Shown one piece after another: positions 12,201-26,646 of a stretch of 64,000 bases of DNA. Numbering within the stretch: the stretch's first letter is position 1; each line of letters begins with the position of its first letter. The translations under genes and the position numbers were made by a program. Under the pieces are notes generated by a model, which ran no database searches, was not told the origin of the DNA, and was given only the letters and a program-made list of their open reading frames with translations. The stretch is from Fimbriosthenelais zetlandica (Eukaryota), in contig OZ365111.1 of NCBI GenBank assembly GCA_977030845.1, forward strand, positions 23,622,001-23,686,000, given 5' to 3'.

Positions 12201-15200
12201 TTGTAATTTGGGGAAAAGTACTAAATTGCAAAAACCGCGTTACCTAATAGTGGTGCTAAGATTTGTTACTTCTAATATTAACAGACCTGAATATTATCAG
12301 GTCACTTTCGATTTAGCTGAAGATTGAGGTATATTATATATCTATGCTACATTTATGATTAACGTGATTAACTTAGATCTCCAGTCTCAGACAAAACTTT
12401 AATGTACCCCTCGGTGTATGTACACATAATTTATAACATAATTATATTTTTATATGGATTGTATTTCAAGGTGCGGAATGATATTATGATTTGTCCATGT
12501 AATTTCTATGACTGTTAAGCTACAATGTCATCTTGCTATATTACATAATATCTCAAGAAAGAATAACAAGTTTTGGAAATAAATGTAATTGATTCTATCA
12601 ATTTTTTTCATGTCCTCTGCAGAATATGGATTGAAATATTTTAGGAGGGACGACCCCCACAGACCTCTGTTTGGGTGTCTGCCATGATCCCCCCCCCCCC
12701 CCCCCCCCCCCCCCCTCTCTCGATCCTTCCTTCTCTCCTCTTTCTTCTCATTGTTTGTCCCTTTCTCTCCTGACTCACTCTCTCACTTTCTTCTATCTCC
12801 TCCCATCCTACCTCTCGTCTCCTTTTCCCCAGCCTCACTCCCTCCTCTCTTTTCACTCTCCCTCCCACCCTCCCTCACCCCCAAGTTGATGGTAGGACAG
12901 TAAAGCTCAGCCACACGTGGTGAGAGCTTCTCACTGTGGCACCTGGCGGAACACCACGCCTGAGTAGCTCACTGCCTTGGCGTGACGTATAACAGAGCTA
13001 ATGTGAAAGGCAGTGGAGCAGACTTCGCTTGTCAGGAACGCTCGAGTTCCTACTAACTGGACCCTGGCCCTTCTTAACCTTATGCCTGGAACAGACTGTA
13101 AACGCCTCCGGTTGCTTGCATTTTTATTGTCATGTAATGGAGCGCACAGATTAGATTTTCTGACCGACTCGCAGAGGCTATGTGTTTGTCTCTCGGATAG
13201 TGATGCACAAGGACCAAGGTAGGATCTTCTATAAAAGGTCCCCTGTGCTATGAGCACGACTGCAAAACCGCTCTGGTCTGTTCAAGGCATTATTAAATCA
13301 GCTCCACTACAAATCGTTTCCCTATCGAAAGTGAGATGTTGATTTTGCTCAGCTTCTCTTACTTTTGGCAGATCACAGATTACCGCAAACCAATAATTGT
13401 TCAATGCCCAAACTGGACAAATTGACAGATTGACAGAAACATGTTTGTAATATTGAAGGATAACCAATAGGACTGCAGGTCTCCGGAAAAGTATTAGTGC
13501 CTAATTGAACTGAAACCTCAGCTAGATATTTGACATATCTGAATATTTGAAGAAATAATAATTTTAAAAACCCAACTACATTCATAAAATTTAATAGGAA
13601 AAGCTTTGATTCTGAAATCTGATTATCCCTATAGGGGAAACAAGGGTCAATATGGGAAAGCTACAATTCCGATTAACAATATGTAATAATTTTCCACTAG
13701 AATATTACGAGTTTCTGATGGCCATCAGATGCCTTAACTGTTTCATGTAGACCAGATGGAATGAATAAAAATAAACAAGATGCGGTCCCTTAAAAATCTG
13801 CTTCACTTCTTTTGCTCTTGTGCCTCATCACAGAATCGTTCTATTATTCTGTGTTACTCAACATATGTCGGGGGCTACAAGCTGTGTCAAGTGGGGTTAA
13901 AAACCCTCTTCTTTAGAGGATTCACCTCTGGTCTGACGGGGAGCATCTCCACACCTGTTATGTCCCTATCTGACAAATAGCATTATGTCTTAACAGTTCT
14001 ATTCTTTAAGTAAAATGATTTCAACCTTTGCAGCTAAACCATTTGATCCTTTTGCCTGGGCAACCAAATCCACTGTATTCCAAGCAACACTATGTATACT
14101 AAGTACGCTTCTTGAACCAATCAGATAAATCCTCGGTATACTATGCACCATGTCCTATTTCTAAGCTCACTACTTCTAGCTTTGCATTGACAATTGAAAG
14201 CACTATATTCCATGCATCATAAAGTTTAATGTCCCATCACTTAGCACTTATTGAACTAGTAAAGCCACTGTATTCCCTGTAACATTTAATGTCCCATCAC
14301 GAGCTCATTTATTATGATTGGCAAGTACAACCACAGTATTCCATGTACCATTTAATGTCCCATCACTAAGCACACGTCTAGAACCTTGAAACAGCTAAAA
14401 CCACTGTATTCCCTGCCATATTTTATGTCCCATCACTGAGTTCACTTATGATTGGCAACTAAAACCACTGTATTCCATGTACCATTTAAAGTCCCATCAC
14501 TGAGATCACTTCTTAGGATTGGCAACTGAAACCACTGTATTCCATGCAACATTTAATGTCCCATCACTAAGCACACTTCTAGAACCTTGAAACGGCTAAA
14601 ACCACTGTATTCCCTGCCATATTTTATGCCCATCACTGGGCTCAGTTCTTAGGATTGGCAACTGAAACCACTGTATTCCATGCAACATTTAATGTCCCAT
14701 CAATAAGCACACTTCTTGAACCTTGAAACAGCTAAAACCACTGTATTCCTTGCACCATTTAATGCCTCACGACTGAGCCCACTTCGTAAAAAATCTTGAC
14801 AAGCATGGAGAATGATGGAAACCCTCCCACTCTACACAAGCCAGCTTGTTTATATATCAAAAGGCGGACTCCCCAGTCTCAACTAAAACCATCTTGACGT
14901 GTGAGACCCTACATTGTTTGGCCGCAAGTCAAATGCCAAACCCTCTCATAAGTACATGAAGGGACAAAAAAAGCCACGAGGTCTTTTTTAACATACATAC
15001 ACACACCATCTGGTGATTAACATCTGGGGTGTTGGTTTCCACATTTGTTATGTTTAATAGAATCTATACGGTGGTGGAGAATGTCCAAGGCGCTTTCATC
15101 ATTGCAAATATTTTGAATTGGTATTCCTCTGAGTAGTGCAACCTATCCACATTTTAATTTCCTGTTATCTGATACCTATGTGCATCAGCCGCTTAGTTGA

Positions 15201-18200
15201 AAAAGATACATAGGCCTACATAAATTTAGCCATCAATATATATACGTCATTTTAGATATGATATTATTTGGATATCAAATATATTTTCAGTTATAAAAAT
15301 AATTATCATCTAAGCCAAGACCTTGGCCAAACTTCATTAGTCCTACTTTTGTAAAATTCCAAGTGGGCCAGTAGAAAATTGTATTTCATTATGAGAATAA
15401 ACAAGGGTTTGACCATTGAGTCCGAGGCTTAGGGGTTAACTCGTAGCAGTTCAAAAAATACCCCTGTTACTATAGTAGACTCCAGACAGCACATGTGGTG
15501 GGTGTGGTCCCCAGCCTTCGCTCAGTCTTCTTCCTTTGATGACTTTCAGTGACAGGGAGAGAGATAGAGAAGGGAAGGCGCGGGGGGGGGGGGGGTGCGG
15601 AGGAGAGGTGGGACGAACGATGGAGGGGTAGAGAGGACGAAAGAGGAGAGAGAGAGAGGGAGAGAGGGAGGGAAGAGGGGAAGAAGAAACAGAAAGAGAG
15701 ACAGGGAATAGAGGGAACTAGGAAGAGAATGCCAGATAAATGATCCACCGAGGAATGCACTGACACTGCACCTGAGTTCTGAGCATTCCATAATAAATTA
15801 ACCACATGAAACGCGCCACTGGGCTAATTTATAATGGATCTGAATACCTATTAGTCATGTCTCATTAATTATCTGTATAAGTCTTTGTGCACAATTTGTA
15901 TAACATTGCATTAACGCGTACAGACGCGAGTGGGTCCTTTCATAATGTAGTTAAGGGAAAGTCTAATAGTGACAACTGCATGGGAAACCAACTAATGACA
16001 GGTGCTGATGGAGGAAAGACAACTTCATCATTGGTCTCTCCCTTCCCACAAACACAGCTCACACTGCCCAGCATTCTGACACATGTCATAATTATTTTCA
16101 TTCCAAGCTTTGATTTCTATACGGGGCCTCCATACCTAATGCATACCTGTCTGCACTGCCTAGGGCCTCCCCATTAGACTGTGGCATAGATAGTAGTTAG
16201 TTGGCAGGTCTTTTATCTAGTGTCAAACAACCCGGGTCTGTCCGAGTTAAGTTTGTTGTTAAAAGTTTCTGAAAGTTTCAGGAGATAATAATAAGTCACT
16301 AACGGGTCGGAACGACAGTAATATTTCCACGACAGTAGCTTATCAGGAAGATTACTCTAATAAAAATAATAATCCCATTTGTCTTAATTAGGTCTATATC
16401 CATCTAAAATGATTGACATTTGGATATTTGATCTGAGAGGCCAAAGTGGTCCAAATCTCCGAGGCACGTATTATTTTTTATCTAGGATGCAAGCCTTCAG
16501 GCTGAAATTTCAGATGTTTAAAAATTAATTTTAGGTTTTTACTAGCTATGCAGAAATAGACAGGCCAGGGTAAAAACATATTACTTTAAATTAGGTTTCT
16601 AATAAATAGCCTACATTTATTGTAGGGGGTTCTTAAAATGAAATTTGTAACTTTCAGGAAGTTCCTTCATATTTCCTGGTGGACAAGGTGTTCTATTTGG
16701 TGAGTTCTGACACGTATATTATATTCAAAGCACTTCTGTCTTTCTTATTGAGTTTCTTCAAGGTGTTTTATTATATGATGAAGGAGTGGTTTGGGGGTAT
16801 CCTAATGGTCCCGTGGTTCACCTTGTGGTTTGATATAGCTGTTTAAGGATAAGCAAAAGGCGGTATGTTCAGGTGTTAATATTAACTTTATGGTTCTCGT
16901 TTCTTACTATATACGACTATGATATGGAGAGTAAATTTGTACCTTTATAAATCTTGTCTTAAAGTGACACTCTCACCGATTGCGTTGGACCTAGATTCTT
17001 ACAGGCTGAGGAAATCTATCAAATCTATCTGATTTTCACTCCATAAGGGACTGCAAAATTAGATTCTCTCTACATGCCCAATTCATTATTGAGCCAAGAA
17101 ACTTTGTGCTTCGTTCACAGACTCTGACTAATGAAGCAGTGATAGAGTCGCTTTAAGACAGTGATTTGGTGTCAGTGGTTAAGATATTAAGACCACAGGT
17201 AGACCACGAGGCTGTTAGCCGCAGCCATAAGTCGTACATGACTTGCACCTCCCTTCCCTAGGACAGACATATATTGCCCTTGACAACTTGTTTATCATAG
17301 AAATAAACTTATCACGTCTAGAGCTGGAGGTCAGGAAATCCACTTTCTTCTCCCCCAGATCTACTCATTGCACTAGAGTACAGCCTTTTGCCATAAATCA
17401 TCTCCCAGTCCCATCTTTTATACACTTTTCAGATGACTTTGCTGAAGCACTCGTGCTTGAAATAGGTTTTTAACAGATACAATCAGAAAAAAGACTCGGT
17501 AAATTGAGGGAGAATAATTTAGAAAATGCCCCCTAAAAATGCATAAATCATCAGCATATTATAATTTGTTAATGCATTCCTAGGATGGTTCTGATTTCTG
17601 CTTGAAACCAATGTGCAAAATACTGTTTAAACAATAATTTAAATTTGACACGGAAAAAAACCTCCAGAGGGTCACGCGACAAAAAATGCAACAATCCTAA
17701 TCGGTAATGTAATGTCCGAGGAGGTAAGAAAATCATTCCTATCTCCCGCTATATGGCATGTGACGAAAACCCATCTTTGAAGTGTACCGCTTGCCTAAAC
17801 TCCAAGTCCCCCCTTGTCCAAATGATTGACACTTACCTGGAGTTACTGACATACACATGACATCTCCTGTGATCAGGCTTGGTTGACTTTTGCATAGCCC
17901 CAAGGCCCCAGTGGCTATATATTCCATAGTATATTATTACACTTCCTTGCAAGTGTCTTTGTCTCTTTCATATTCCTTAATAATACTCCCACTCATTAAC
18001 TCAACTATTAACGTTCATCCACTCACCCCAGCTACTCACCCCTTCAATGAGTCACTCGCTCACTCACCCACATTCACTCACCCCCTCACCCCCTACTCAC
18101 TCACCAAATCTACTCACTCACCCTCTCAAAAATCATTCATAATCATTCGTTCAAATGTGCATTGGGGCTCTCATGATTTTTGGCATGTGAGCTTTCAAGA

Positions 18201-21200
18201 AAGACAGATGGATTTAAGACTAAGTGTTTTCACCAGACCCCTTCCATCCTTGTTCTTGTATGAGTTTTTCTTTTATGTCAGAGGAGCCTTCATTCATCAT
18301 AGATTGTCTTATTTATTTGAGAGGAGATGAGTTAATCATTGGTAGTTGGCAGGCCTAAGTTCTAACACGTGGGGCGGTGTAAGAAAGGATCGAGTGACTG
18401 TATCCCGTGACATTTGAAGGAACTGCATGACAAGTTTACTACTCAAAGTTCATGGAAGTCACCCGCGAAATTTATTTTGTACTCAACTGGTAAGGTTGTT
18501 TAAATTGTTTAGTTTTATTTATTTTATTTAAATTATTGTGGTCGCAAATTTTCTCATTTTTTAAATTTCACATTGATGTAAAAGTTCCATTTTGGTAGCG
18601 ATTTGATGCATTCCTACATTCAAACTCTAGCTCTTCTATTCAACTGCGGAAACAAAGACAGATCTCCGAAGTGTACCGTATTGCCATTTCTGCAGCAGTC
18701 AATAACATAATGCAGTGCAATTCATTTACTATTCATTGCTTGTATGAATAGGAACTCCGGTAGAAAGTAACAGAATGGGCAGGGAATGAGCCCTCGACCA
18801 TTTGACAGATCCATCGCCTGAACAATTAAGAAGCGAAGGAGCCCAAAGTTGTTCTTCCGATACAAAAAAAATCCTGAGTTGTAATAATCTTTGAGGGTTT
18901 CCCCTCATACTAATAGGTCTAAGATCAACCCTTGGAACCTTCATTAATACAAAAAGACGGGTTCATGTACGGGGCATCAACAATAGTTTTGGCAAAACTT
19001 GATGGACACCAAACGAAGACAAACGCGGCCGCTGATTAAAAGTGATTGAAAATATGACCCGGGGGATGACCCCGGAAACGGAAAAGGTCACATGGTCATG
19101 CCCTTCCCCACTTGCCTCGCGCTTTCTCGTCGTCACGTGATGTGTCAAACGAGAGATCAGAATTGCCACGAAAAGCAATGTAGGGCCTATTGATTTTGTG
19201 AGCGATTATATGAAGAACTTTTAGGTTACAGAGGTCCTGCTTGTTTAGCTAACGTACTGTATTTTATCCTCCGTTCTTTTTCTTTTCTTTTTGTTGTTTT
19301 TGTTTTTACCGATTTTAGCATAATTTTGTTAGGTTCGTTAACAAGTCTCTTGACAATTTTGAAACAAAATTCTGTCGGATTATATATGGGAATTCAGATA
19401 ATATTTCGCAAGTTAACTTCAAATAGGTCTAATATTAATCATTTGCGAACTTTGGCTTATTTCATGGCTACAAAGTTGTACCAGTCCACATCATGCTAGG
19501 AGAAATGTGATCGCATTTGATATCAAAGGATGCAACAGGGCAAATCCCCAAGGGTTCTTATTGGACATACCTGACTTATATTTCAATTTACTTTTCGTCT
19601 CACAAAATACTTTTTTAATGAAAATAAATCAACTTTTTCACCAAGATTTAACTATCACCCTTCTAAACACAACATCACTGTGTTGGTCCTTTTACTCGTG
19701 TATCTTTATCGATTCATCCCCGTATAGTGAAGGCATACTATAGAGTAGGCCTAAAATGTTGTGTATCGTTTAGTTACCAGGGATCTTCACATTGCAATAA
19801 CCTGGATTGGGAGACGACTGGTGTGCACAGTCTTATCTCGACAGGCAAGTGGCTAAACTAATCCCCAAACTCCCCAAAACAGATAAGATATCAGTTTGGC
19901 TAACTTCTTCATCTGACTCCAGAGTGAGGCACTAATCCAATGGACAATTTTCCCAGTGCCACATCAGAACATCTTTCTCTCCTTAGAACTCTACACCATG
20001 CAGGGGCATGTTTCATAATTATAAGATGTGCTACACAGGATAAATTGCGCATAAATTTAACATTGACCAAATTCAATGTAATTTTTTTTATGAAACGGGA
20101 AAATTCCTCCCATCAACAATCTCAGATTATCTTTTCAATCATACGGACTTACAAAACGCAGGGGTCACTTTCATAAAAGATATTCGCCAAATTAATCCAT
20201 AAACTTGGCATTATTTCCAGAGTGTAACCATCTTTAAAGAATATTATATCACAACTTGGCTTGTTACACAACCGCCGAGGCGCGGTTCCGCATTATGTGT
20301 CTTGTTGACCAAAATCACATGTGATTTCTGCATTTATCATGTAACGTCGCTTCTGATTGGTTGACGCCTCCTGCGCCACTGCTCTGTAGTGTGTCCCAGA
20401 CCTAGCCTGACAACCAAGCCTCACGGGCTCCCCCCAGCGAGGCTTGGGATCAAACCCCCCAAAAAACGGTCAATTTTTTTTTGCAGTCATCGGGCACATA
20501 GTGACTTTGCACAAAAATAGCTTTCACTAAAATAGAACATGTGTATAAAGGAATAAGTGCCCGATGACTGCAAATTTGTGTTATCTGGGAAAAACCAAAG
20601 TGAATCGAGGAAAAGATCGTCCGCCATTTTGTTTGTTTACACGAACGGTGAAAACGAGGCTCCGCCAGTGGGCGGGGCTAAGGAGCATTTAGTTTTCGGA
20701 TGACGACGTCCGTTTACGACGTCGTTACCATGTCACTGCCATTGTCATTGTCATGACGTAACAATGATGACGTAATAGGAGACGGTGACACGAACAGAAA
20801 AACGAAATGCTCCCTCCAGCAGATATCCCATAATAGTCCGGAATGTAAACAATATGGCGGTGTTATGCTTCAGCGAGGCCACTTCACATTAATAATCATG
20901 ATTGTATGCTATTTAAAGGTAAGGATAAACACTAAAAGTGTACTTAAAACTCTTATTTTTTATTTCTGGCCAGATTTGAACATTTTGGTGATATAACAAT
21001 CCTCATGACCCGAGATACAGTCTCCACCAGGAAAATTGACCGATTTACATGGGGTGTGTTCTCCGTCCCGGACTACAGGGGAGGGACGGATACTCTGTCT
21101 ATCCCAGACCGTGTAGGACCATCCGTTTACTTTGGCTTACACAAAATCTATCCTCCAAAACTGACCCAATATATTAAGTTCCAGATGGTTACTGTGTGAA

Positions 21201-24200
21201 ATAATATATTTCCCCACTTCTATGTTATTGGAGGCTCTAAAAATCTAATATTTTGTGGCGATAATACTTGACCTAACCAGCAAAACACAGCTGAACTGAA
21301 GTGAATGGCGAAGTGACGGCTTGGCCCGACAAAGTCAGATCGTTTTATGTGATTATTAAACACAAAAACCTTTATTTACCTTATAATTCCTGTCGACACT
21401 TTCGATATGATTGTGTTTCTTACTTCTATTTCCATCATTTCTGGGTACAATTCGCAATAAATGGACAAAAGTCCCTGACATTGAGGTGCCCGACTTGCTT
21501 GCTGCTCAGCACATGACGTCATGACATGAAATAACGTCATGTGTAGTCATGGTGGGGCAGCGTCACTAGGAAACGGGTGCGGGGTTTATGGCGATATAAG
21601 AATTTATGCCGCTCAATAAAGATGAAATGAACTAATAAATAATAGAATGGGACCCCCAAAAAGCTCCTAAATATCATCAATCTATTTCCCATCTAGTATA
21701 ATGCAAATCCATATTGCTAAAATAATTTAAATAAATGATATCATGGATATGGAGTTGGAGTGAAGACAGGCACTCTCTGTGTCGTGATGTGTTTTGAAAC
21801 AACCCCCGCTGAGCAGCCTCGTTGTGAGATGTGCCATGTTAAACAAGCTTTTTTAAGCTAATATTATGATGTTTCGCGGTGGATTATTCAGTTTTGAGCC
21901 TTTTTATTATAGATTATCCAAGATTTTTTTAATTTCTACTTGCGAAAATCTCATAGAGACCTTCAAATTGGAAAAAATGTATCAACCAATCAGAGACGGC
22001 CTACTATGAGCAGCTCGGCTTGCATGTAAACAAAGTGCGGAATGCGGTGCGTGTTTTGGGCATTTTCAGCAATATCTAAGGTAAAAGTTGTGATATAAAT
22101 ATGGAATACAACTCGACATTGATCTGCTCGAGCAGATGGGTCGCACTCGGGGTGAAAACATGCAGATAATCGCTCGTGGCAAGCCACTCGCGATTATCTG
22201 CATGTTTTCACCCCTCGTGCGACCCATCTGCTCTCACAGATCAATGTCTCGTTGTATTCCATCTAAATATGAAACAGGTATACATGTTGTATATAAATAG
22301 GCTTCCACTGCATCACTTCTCCCCTTATTCCAATTTTCTTGTACGTTTCAACTTTCAGAAGAAAGATGCCTACAGGCCTATTGCCATTAGCTCAAGAAGC
22401 GCCAATTTGTTATGAAACAAACCCCGGGTCTCAACACCCTCGTCTTGGGGAGGAGTCTTTCTATATCATAATACACACAATTATTTTTTTTCAAAGATAT
22501 TTTTTGGCACACTTTTTGGGATGGTATTGGATGGCTTTTGTGGCGAGCATAAATAAACGATGGGCGTGACATAACAGGGGTTTATTAAGTCGGGACGTTT
22601 CAAAAACATTTCATTCCACTTTTTTCCATTAATTCCACTTAGAACTGCAGTTTATATAGACAGGCACAGAGCCCTCGAGAAAGAGGGTTAAGCAGAAACG
22701 GCTGGGTCAATGAGGAGAGCTTAAGCCTTTCTCTTTTATGCCATTGATTCTTTTTTCTTTGTTAAGTCTCGCTCTCCAAACTTGAATGCACTTGCCAGCG
22801 GTTCCACTGTGAAGGGGTTTGGCATTTTTTATCAATTTCTACCGAAGCGATTTTGATGTTAAATTTAGAACAGATGCAGGAAGGAATTATGCGTGTGAGG
22901 GTGAATACTATTGTGTGCCTATACCATTCCTCCAACTTCTTTAACACATACACGACATTATACTGTCTTATAGTATATTGAAAATGTTCATCAACATAAA
23001 AAATATAGGTCCTACAGATCAGTCATTTTGGGACTGAACTTGCCCTACAGGTGTTGATTAATTTTTACCGCTAAGAAAGTTTTCTAGAAAACGTTTAGGA
23101 GCAAGCAAGTAAATTTGCTACACAATTTTCATAACGAATCCCTATAAAGCTGGCAATTGGCAGAAGAAATAATTTAATGTAATGACAAACCCTGCATAAT
23201 TATAAAACCATGATTTTCAACCAAGGCTATAAAATGTCAATTCGTTCTAAGGATTTCCATTGAGTACCACCTCACAAGGTTGACATGCCCCACACACACC
23301 TTGCAAGCGGTCTACTTCTAGACCTATACTTGAGTCTGGAGAGCAGGGTTTCAGACATTTTGTTTAGAGGTATGCTAAGTTAGCACCCGCAAGACCTGTG
23401 CCATACATACCCATGTCAAATGTCAAACACCTTGATCCTTGAGTCCAGGTGCTCTCAGAGAGAGAGAGAGAGGGGGGGGGGGGGGGGGGGAGGAGAAAGA
23501 GAGAGGAGACACAAGGAGAGTTTGGAGGATAAGAGTGAGAAATAGTTGGTCTGAAGTATATTTCAATGTCATATTTAAGTTCTTAAATTACATAGGGGTT
23601 GTAGAAAAGCATGCTAACTATGGTCTCAAGTCAATCAATCACAGCTAAAAATATCCTTTCCATTCAACCTGTCGAATCTAGGCCCAACAGATTTCCAGAT
23701 TTAATAATCATTAAATTAATTACCAAACAAGGGACAACCGTATAGGAAATTATCGTTTCAATATAAACCAAATATCAACTAGCTTTTCCTAAGAAATTTT
23801 GTCCCAAAGACACACATTTATCACTGGTTTTGCATGCAGGATTTGCCAATCCTTACGATTTGTACATGCACAGTGATTGGTGGATTAGCTCTTCAATGAC
23901 AATGTTCATTAATGCACTTACCTATATGCATATGCATTTCAGACTAGGTCTTGGACTCTACCCCCATTAGCATCAAGTATAGGCCGGGGTATATAAATCT
24001 AACTGGGATCTATGCAGTAGTTTCGAGTTCTAAGCGTTGAGGTACAAGTAATGGCACCCCCATGCACCTCTATCCTGCTCCAGGGGGTGTGAGCGCCCTC
24101 CTATATAAGTTTACATGCCCCCGGCTGACCGTCTGATGTATAGGGTTTCACTGTGGGAATGGAGCTGGGATCGTAGCGCTATAGACCCTTTGCTTTGCTA

Positions 24201-26566
24201 ATGACCCGTGGATAGTGCTGAATGATCGGTCACGAGCATGAAAGCCTCGAGTTTAGGGGTTAATTAATGGTTTGTCCCAAACGTGGTATAACACATACTC
24301 GCAGCACTATAGACTTGCTAAAGTCTATGCTTTATATTTCTGGACTTATATATATTCACTATGCAATATTGAGTCTCCCACAATTAATAATATTGAAATG
24401 ACTTGGCGGTGGAAACACTGTTTCGGTTCTATGGCCTGTTCTTCTCGAAAGACTGCAATCATGTTGTTTTTTTATAAATTGGTCTTTGACATTTTTCATC
24501 CACAGATCTATGCCTGACCTTTGATAACTTGGTGAACAGTGCTGACTTTGGTCTTTCTTTTTAGATTAACGGTATTTCTCAAAGGTATAATTTAAGTGCA
24601 AAATTATTTTGACACTTACCTTGATTTGTAATTTGGTAAACATGTTCATTCCCAAGCCAGAACTCCCCTTCCAGATTGCCAAATCCATTTTTATATGAAT
24701 TCCAATCCTTGTAGAAATCAGTTTCTCCATCTTGTCGTCTTTGTATCAATGTCCAACCTGTGGATGAATGGAATAGAAAAGATGGTTTAAAATATACAAA
24801 TACGTACATGATGTACGATGCATTCCTAACATGGAATATAATGAACATGGTGTATATTTTCATCTTTAACTTTGGTCAATCACATAATTGCCTAGTCCAA
24901 TAGTCTAGCCTCGTGCAGGAAATTGTCAGTCAGCTATTTCTAATTATTATCCAACATCTGAAAAACTGCCTTCGGTTTTAACACTTCAGATTTCTTAGCA
25001 AATACGTAGAACTTTATAAAAGTTCACCACCAGATTCGCATCAAAAGAGTGTCCAATGAAACAAAAAAGACTATGGGTACATATAATAGAGTTTAGCTAT
25101 TTACAAAACATTTATGGACGTGGGATCTGCCACTTGTGTTTGTATTATAGTTAGAACCTTATATATTTACACGTATATTGACAGCACTGACAGCACGTCA
25201 GTACATCAGACCCAAGTCTCCAATAACCAAATGCAATATTTAAACATTTATTATCCTCTCCACGGCCCTATGTCTTCTTTGTCTCCTTTTTCCTTTACCA
25301 AGTACAAAGCGAAGGGGCAAAACGGACTTTCAAATTATCTTTATAGCGCACCAAAAGTGGGACTGAGGAGGGAGGACACAGAAGGCTGTTTTCTGAACTT
25401 AAAAAAAGTCGAGATGCATGATCCACTTGAACTACAGACAATTGCATTACATATCGGTGACGCCCCTACTTTACACATTTTTTTTTGTATTATTGCACTC
25501 TTATTATATCCGTGATCTAAGTAAAATGTTACACCTTTCCATTGAAGGATGCTTGATAATCTTTGCTTATATTATTGCCATTTTTCTTATTGTCTCGCAA
25601 GGTGAAATATAGCTTTCACCTTCACGCAATTGGCTCTAACTTTCTTCTCCGTACTTCTTTCTCATTGCATAGGGCCCGTTCCATAATATTAGCATAATTA
25701 AGTCTATGTGATAATGTAACATAATAGTATCTTTCTTATGAACCAGGCCCCGAGTAACAGCCCAGCAGCCATTTCAAGTTATACCAATATGATTAACTTT
25801 CTTAAACGAACAAACTGATTTTGAAGTCCACACTGATGTTTAAAAATGTGAACCTTGCCCTCGTTCCATCACTAAAATTGCTTTTCTAAAATAACTTCTA
25901 TTTCGGTACAATAGATCAAAGGATTTGCTTTCTTGGGGTTGCAGGATGTCGACCAATTTCATTGAATGAATTATGAATTATATATCAATCATGTAGATGT
26001 ATTAGCTAGTTTTATTAATGGTATATATTGTCTTCTGACTATTAAGTCTGAAAACAATGTCTTCAATTGATGTGCTAGGCCTAACAGGTGTAATATAGTG
26101 TAAAATCAGGGAGATCTATATGAAGAATTAATAGTAAAATGTAAAGAAAAGGGAGGGAGGGAGGGAGGGAGAAAGAGAGACGGAGGGTAGGGTCGAGGGT
26201 AGGAGATATCTCCAAAAAAGAAACGGGCAAAAAAGATTGACAGATAGATAACGCAAAAACATAATTGACAAAAGTCAAAATGGATTTTAAAAAGAAAGAA
26301 AAATAAGAAACATGAAACGAAACACACAGCGAAGCTTAGACAAGCCTCACCCAAATCTGTTTTGAAAAGATTTTGTGCCGTGAAATTAAAACTTTTCTGA
26401 ATGCAAAAAGTAAAATAAACATCTCGATGGAAAATAATGCAGACCTTAGGTAAGAAAAACATTAGACATTTCTGTGAGAGAGTGAGAGAGAGAGAGAGCG
26501 AAAGAGAGGAATGGGAGAGAGAGAGAGCGAGATGAAAGAGAGCGAGATAGAGCAACATGAGGGAAA

Positions 26567-26646
<80 letters not shown>

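Noticed and set aside
14070-14787. CRISPR array
   Set aside because: The apparent spacers recur as two homologous types, there are no cas genes, and the context is a eukaryotic intron; it is a minisatellite.
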